Of a stretch of DNA of 64,000 nucleotides, positions 61,783-64,000 are shown in pieces (the first letter of the stretch is position 1; each line of letters starts with the position of its first letter). The stretch is from Scyliorhinus canicula (taxonomy: Eukaryota), in NCBI RefSeq assembly GCF_902713615.1, contig NC_052146.1, forward strand, positions 71,009,238 to 71,073,237. Direction: 5' to 3'. The translations under genes and the position numbers were made by a program. The notes under the pieces are model-generated. The model did no database searches, was not told where the DNA came from, and saw nothing but the letters and a program-made list of their open reading frames with translations.

Positions 61783-61788
61783 TTTATT
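61783..61788 (-). terminator. Polyadenylation signal, cluster 2
   Basis: Homologous AATAAA in the same context (...cagaccagttatttattgaacagctg). Confidence 0.75.
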
Positions 61789-62101
61789 GAACAGCTGCAT
61801 CATGAAAATCTAATAGTGGGTTGAAACTTAAGTACCAATGGCCACATTGTTGCATTTTAAGTATAATTTTCGGATGCACAAAGGTAAAATAATAAACAAT
61901 GATCTTTCATTGAACACCCATAATATTCCAATTGAAGAGCCATTCAAAAGAACAAGTCGCAAAAGAACAAGAAATTCCCGCCGGCATGGCCACTTTCTTA
62001 AATTTCTGAAACACAATTAATTTCTACCGTTTTGTCACATGAAAGAAATGAATAGGAATGAAAAAGATCCTTCTGGACTGGGTCGAGAGCAGTTTCCCGG
62101 A

Positions 62102-62424
62102 TCACATACAGCTGGATCTGGAGATGGTTGCTCTAAACGGGGTTGCCTGAATCTCGTGTTTGACCAGACAGGAGTAAAGCTCGTGTGAGTTCCACTCTGA
62201 TGCTGACAGAGTCAGATAGCTGCTCACACTGAACGTGTTGTCCGCCTGCTGCTGGATCCGACTGGTCTCAACCCCATTCCCTCTGACACTGCCGTCTACA
62301 GTCCATTCAATCTCCGCAGCTCCCGGGTTAAACCCGCTCACCAAACACACCAGGGTCGCCGTGTTCTTGGCTGTGATTTGATCCGATGAAGGCGGAAGGA
62401 CGGAGACAGATGGCTTCTGAGGAT
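62102..62424 (-). CDS. IGLC: Ig light chain constant exon, cluster 2 (type II/lambda)
   Basis: 323-nt paralog of 21908-22230 with 8 substitutions. Reads PQKPSVSVLPPSSDQITAKNTATLVC...IQQQADN...SSCM*, with an intact AG acceptor. Confidence 0.96.
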
Positions 62425-64000
62425 CTGCTTTGGAAAGAAACTACGGTTAGTCGTATAAACATTTGATTTGGTTACGCAAGAGATTTCCCGAACCAATAAC
62501 ATTCTAATTCTGGCACTCATTGAGAATAATAAACAAATCCGTTTGTTCATCCGAGGAAGGAGAGAGACCAATGGGATATTTGGGGATAGCAGCAAGGTTA
62601 AGTTTTAATGACTGACTGGAGCTGAACTGAAGTTGATTCTGTTCAATTTAACAAGACAAAGCAACGCTTGTGCATTATGTTTCACAATGTTACCTCTGAA
62701 TCTATTGCTGTATGTTTAGCTTCCCTGTCTTCACATTGAGATGCTGCTTTTCCAGTCTCAGTCAGAAATAGAATTAGACACATTGAACATACAGTAAATT
62801 TATTCCAATGTGCTCCGATTTGATGAGCCGTTGATCAGTTTTGCGTCAGATTTTACGGGAATCTGACCACGCAATCCAGACTGACATTCCAGCGAAGGGA
62901 ATGTGGAAAAGCCGTTCAGACAGCATTTGGATTATAATCAAACCGAGATCCTCTACTGACGAACCTAAATTACTCTGTTACTGGATTGGAGGCAGTGGTG
63001 GAAGACCGTGCTCTCTGCGTGAAAACAGGTTAATGGGTGATTGGTATTTTTGATGTTTGTGGGAAATAGGTGACTGTCACGGTGGGGGAATTTATTATGG
63101 AGATCTCATTGATTAAATATTTTTACAAACGCTCTGGTATGTTTCGGATTCAGGCCATGAAAAAAATATACTTAATTATGTATGATTCTTGACCTTAAAT
63201 GTTGTGTTTTGTAGGAGGAGCTAACGGGGGAACCCTTGACTGCAACAGTGTAAAACTGGCGATAAATGAACGGAATGTTTTACACTGAGGTCAGTGGAAA
63301 TAGAGCGCGGGAGAAATATAAACACCTTTGCGGACCCGACATCAGCCGTTTAACATTATCGGTCAAGTTAAGCTGCACACTGACATTGCAGGAATGGAAG
63401 ATTTATTTTTATATATCTATTCCAGCAAAGATCAGCGCTGAGATTTTGGGGGAGTTTGGTTCCATTATTAAAGTCGAAAACGCAATAATTAAATATGAGC
63501 AACACTATTACTGCAACAGAATTGTTAATTTAAGGCACATTCTGATTTCTCTGATTATTATGCATCGGAATAACCAACAACTCTGATCAGATTTTCACAG
63601 CAGAAATAACAAGATATAATAATATATGCTCAATACACAGAACAATCTGACAATATTAATAGTTCGAACACAAAGTCAGAAAACAGAACAAAGAACAGTA
63701 CTGCACAGGAGCATGTCCTTCGGCCCTCCAAGCCTGTACCGGTCATCATACCATCCTTGGCCAAAGCCCTCAGTATTTCCTAGTGCCCTATCCCTCAAAA
63801 CCTAATCGAGAACTTAATAGTGTCACTGTTTACATGATCACATCTCAGTTTTAAAAATACTCTGCGCTGACATGAAACTTGGCAAGTTCGTTACAGAAAG
63901 GGTCAGGGAGGGATTCGCTATTTTCATTGCAAACACGCATACGCTTCATGAGAGACACGTTATTCCTGGATAACTGGACGAATTCCGAGCTTTGCGGAGG

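Larger units (their letters stand above)
60765..64000 (-). repeat. Duplicated IgL unit, copy 2 (runs off the window)
   Basis: Paralog of 20755-23780, with an extra CR1-like insert at about 61081-61285. Confidence 0.92.

Overview
Repeat-rich vertebrate genomic DNA. The immunoglobulin sequence and SINE/LINE families point to a shark; the species cannot be fixed from sequence alone. The host content is a tandem pair of minus-strand Ig light-chain clusters of the cartilaginous-fish type II (lambda/NS3) class, about 40.2 kb apart. Cluster 1 is complete and looks functional: octamer promoter (25158-25165), leader exon (24987-25035), a germline-joined V-J exon with no RSS (24494-24841), a C exon (21908-22230) and a polyA signal. 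Cluster 2 shows its C exon (62102-62424) and most of the J-C intron; its VJ exon should lie just past the window end. The spacer is packed with nested retroelements: L1/Tx1-like LINEs with clear TSDs, CR1- and RTE-like LINE fragments, about 14 HE1-type V-SINEs, a Gmr1-type (PR-IN-RT order) Ty3/gypsy element, Harbinger remnants, Penelope-type minimal hammerhead relics, a G-rich minisatellite, and four LTRs of one retrovirus-like family (TGTAGCCA...GCAACA). The most novel-looking object is the 3' half of that element (53167-56743). After an integrase with a long C-terminal extension, the env position holds an intact 118-aa small membrane-protein ORF with matching splice signals. Also notable are a 144-bp near-identical block shared by the two cluster 3' flanks (candidate enhancer), mosaic identity between the clusters, and a canonical CTCF motif between them. 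No rRNA, true tRNA or CRISPR features were found.
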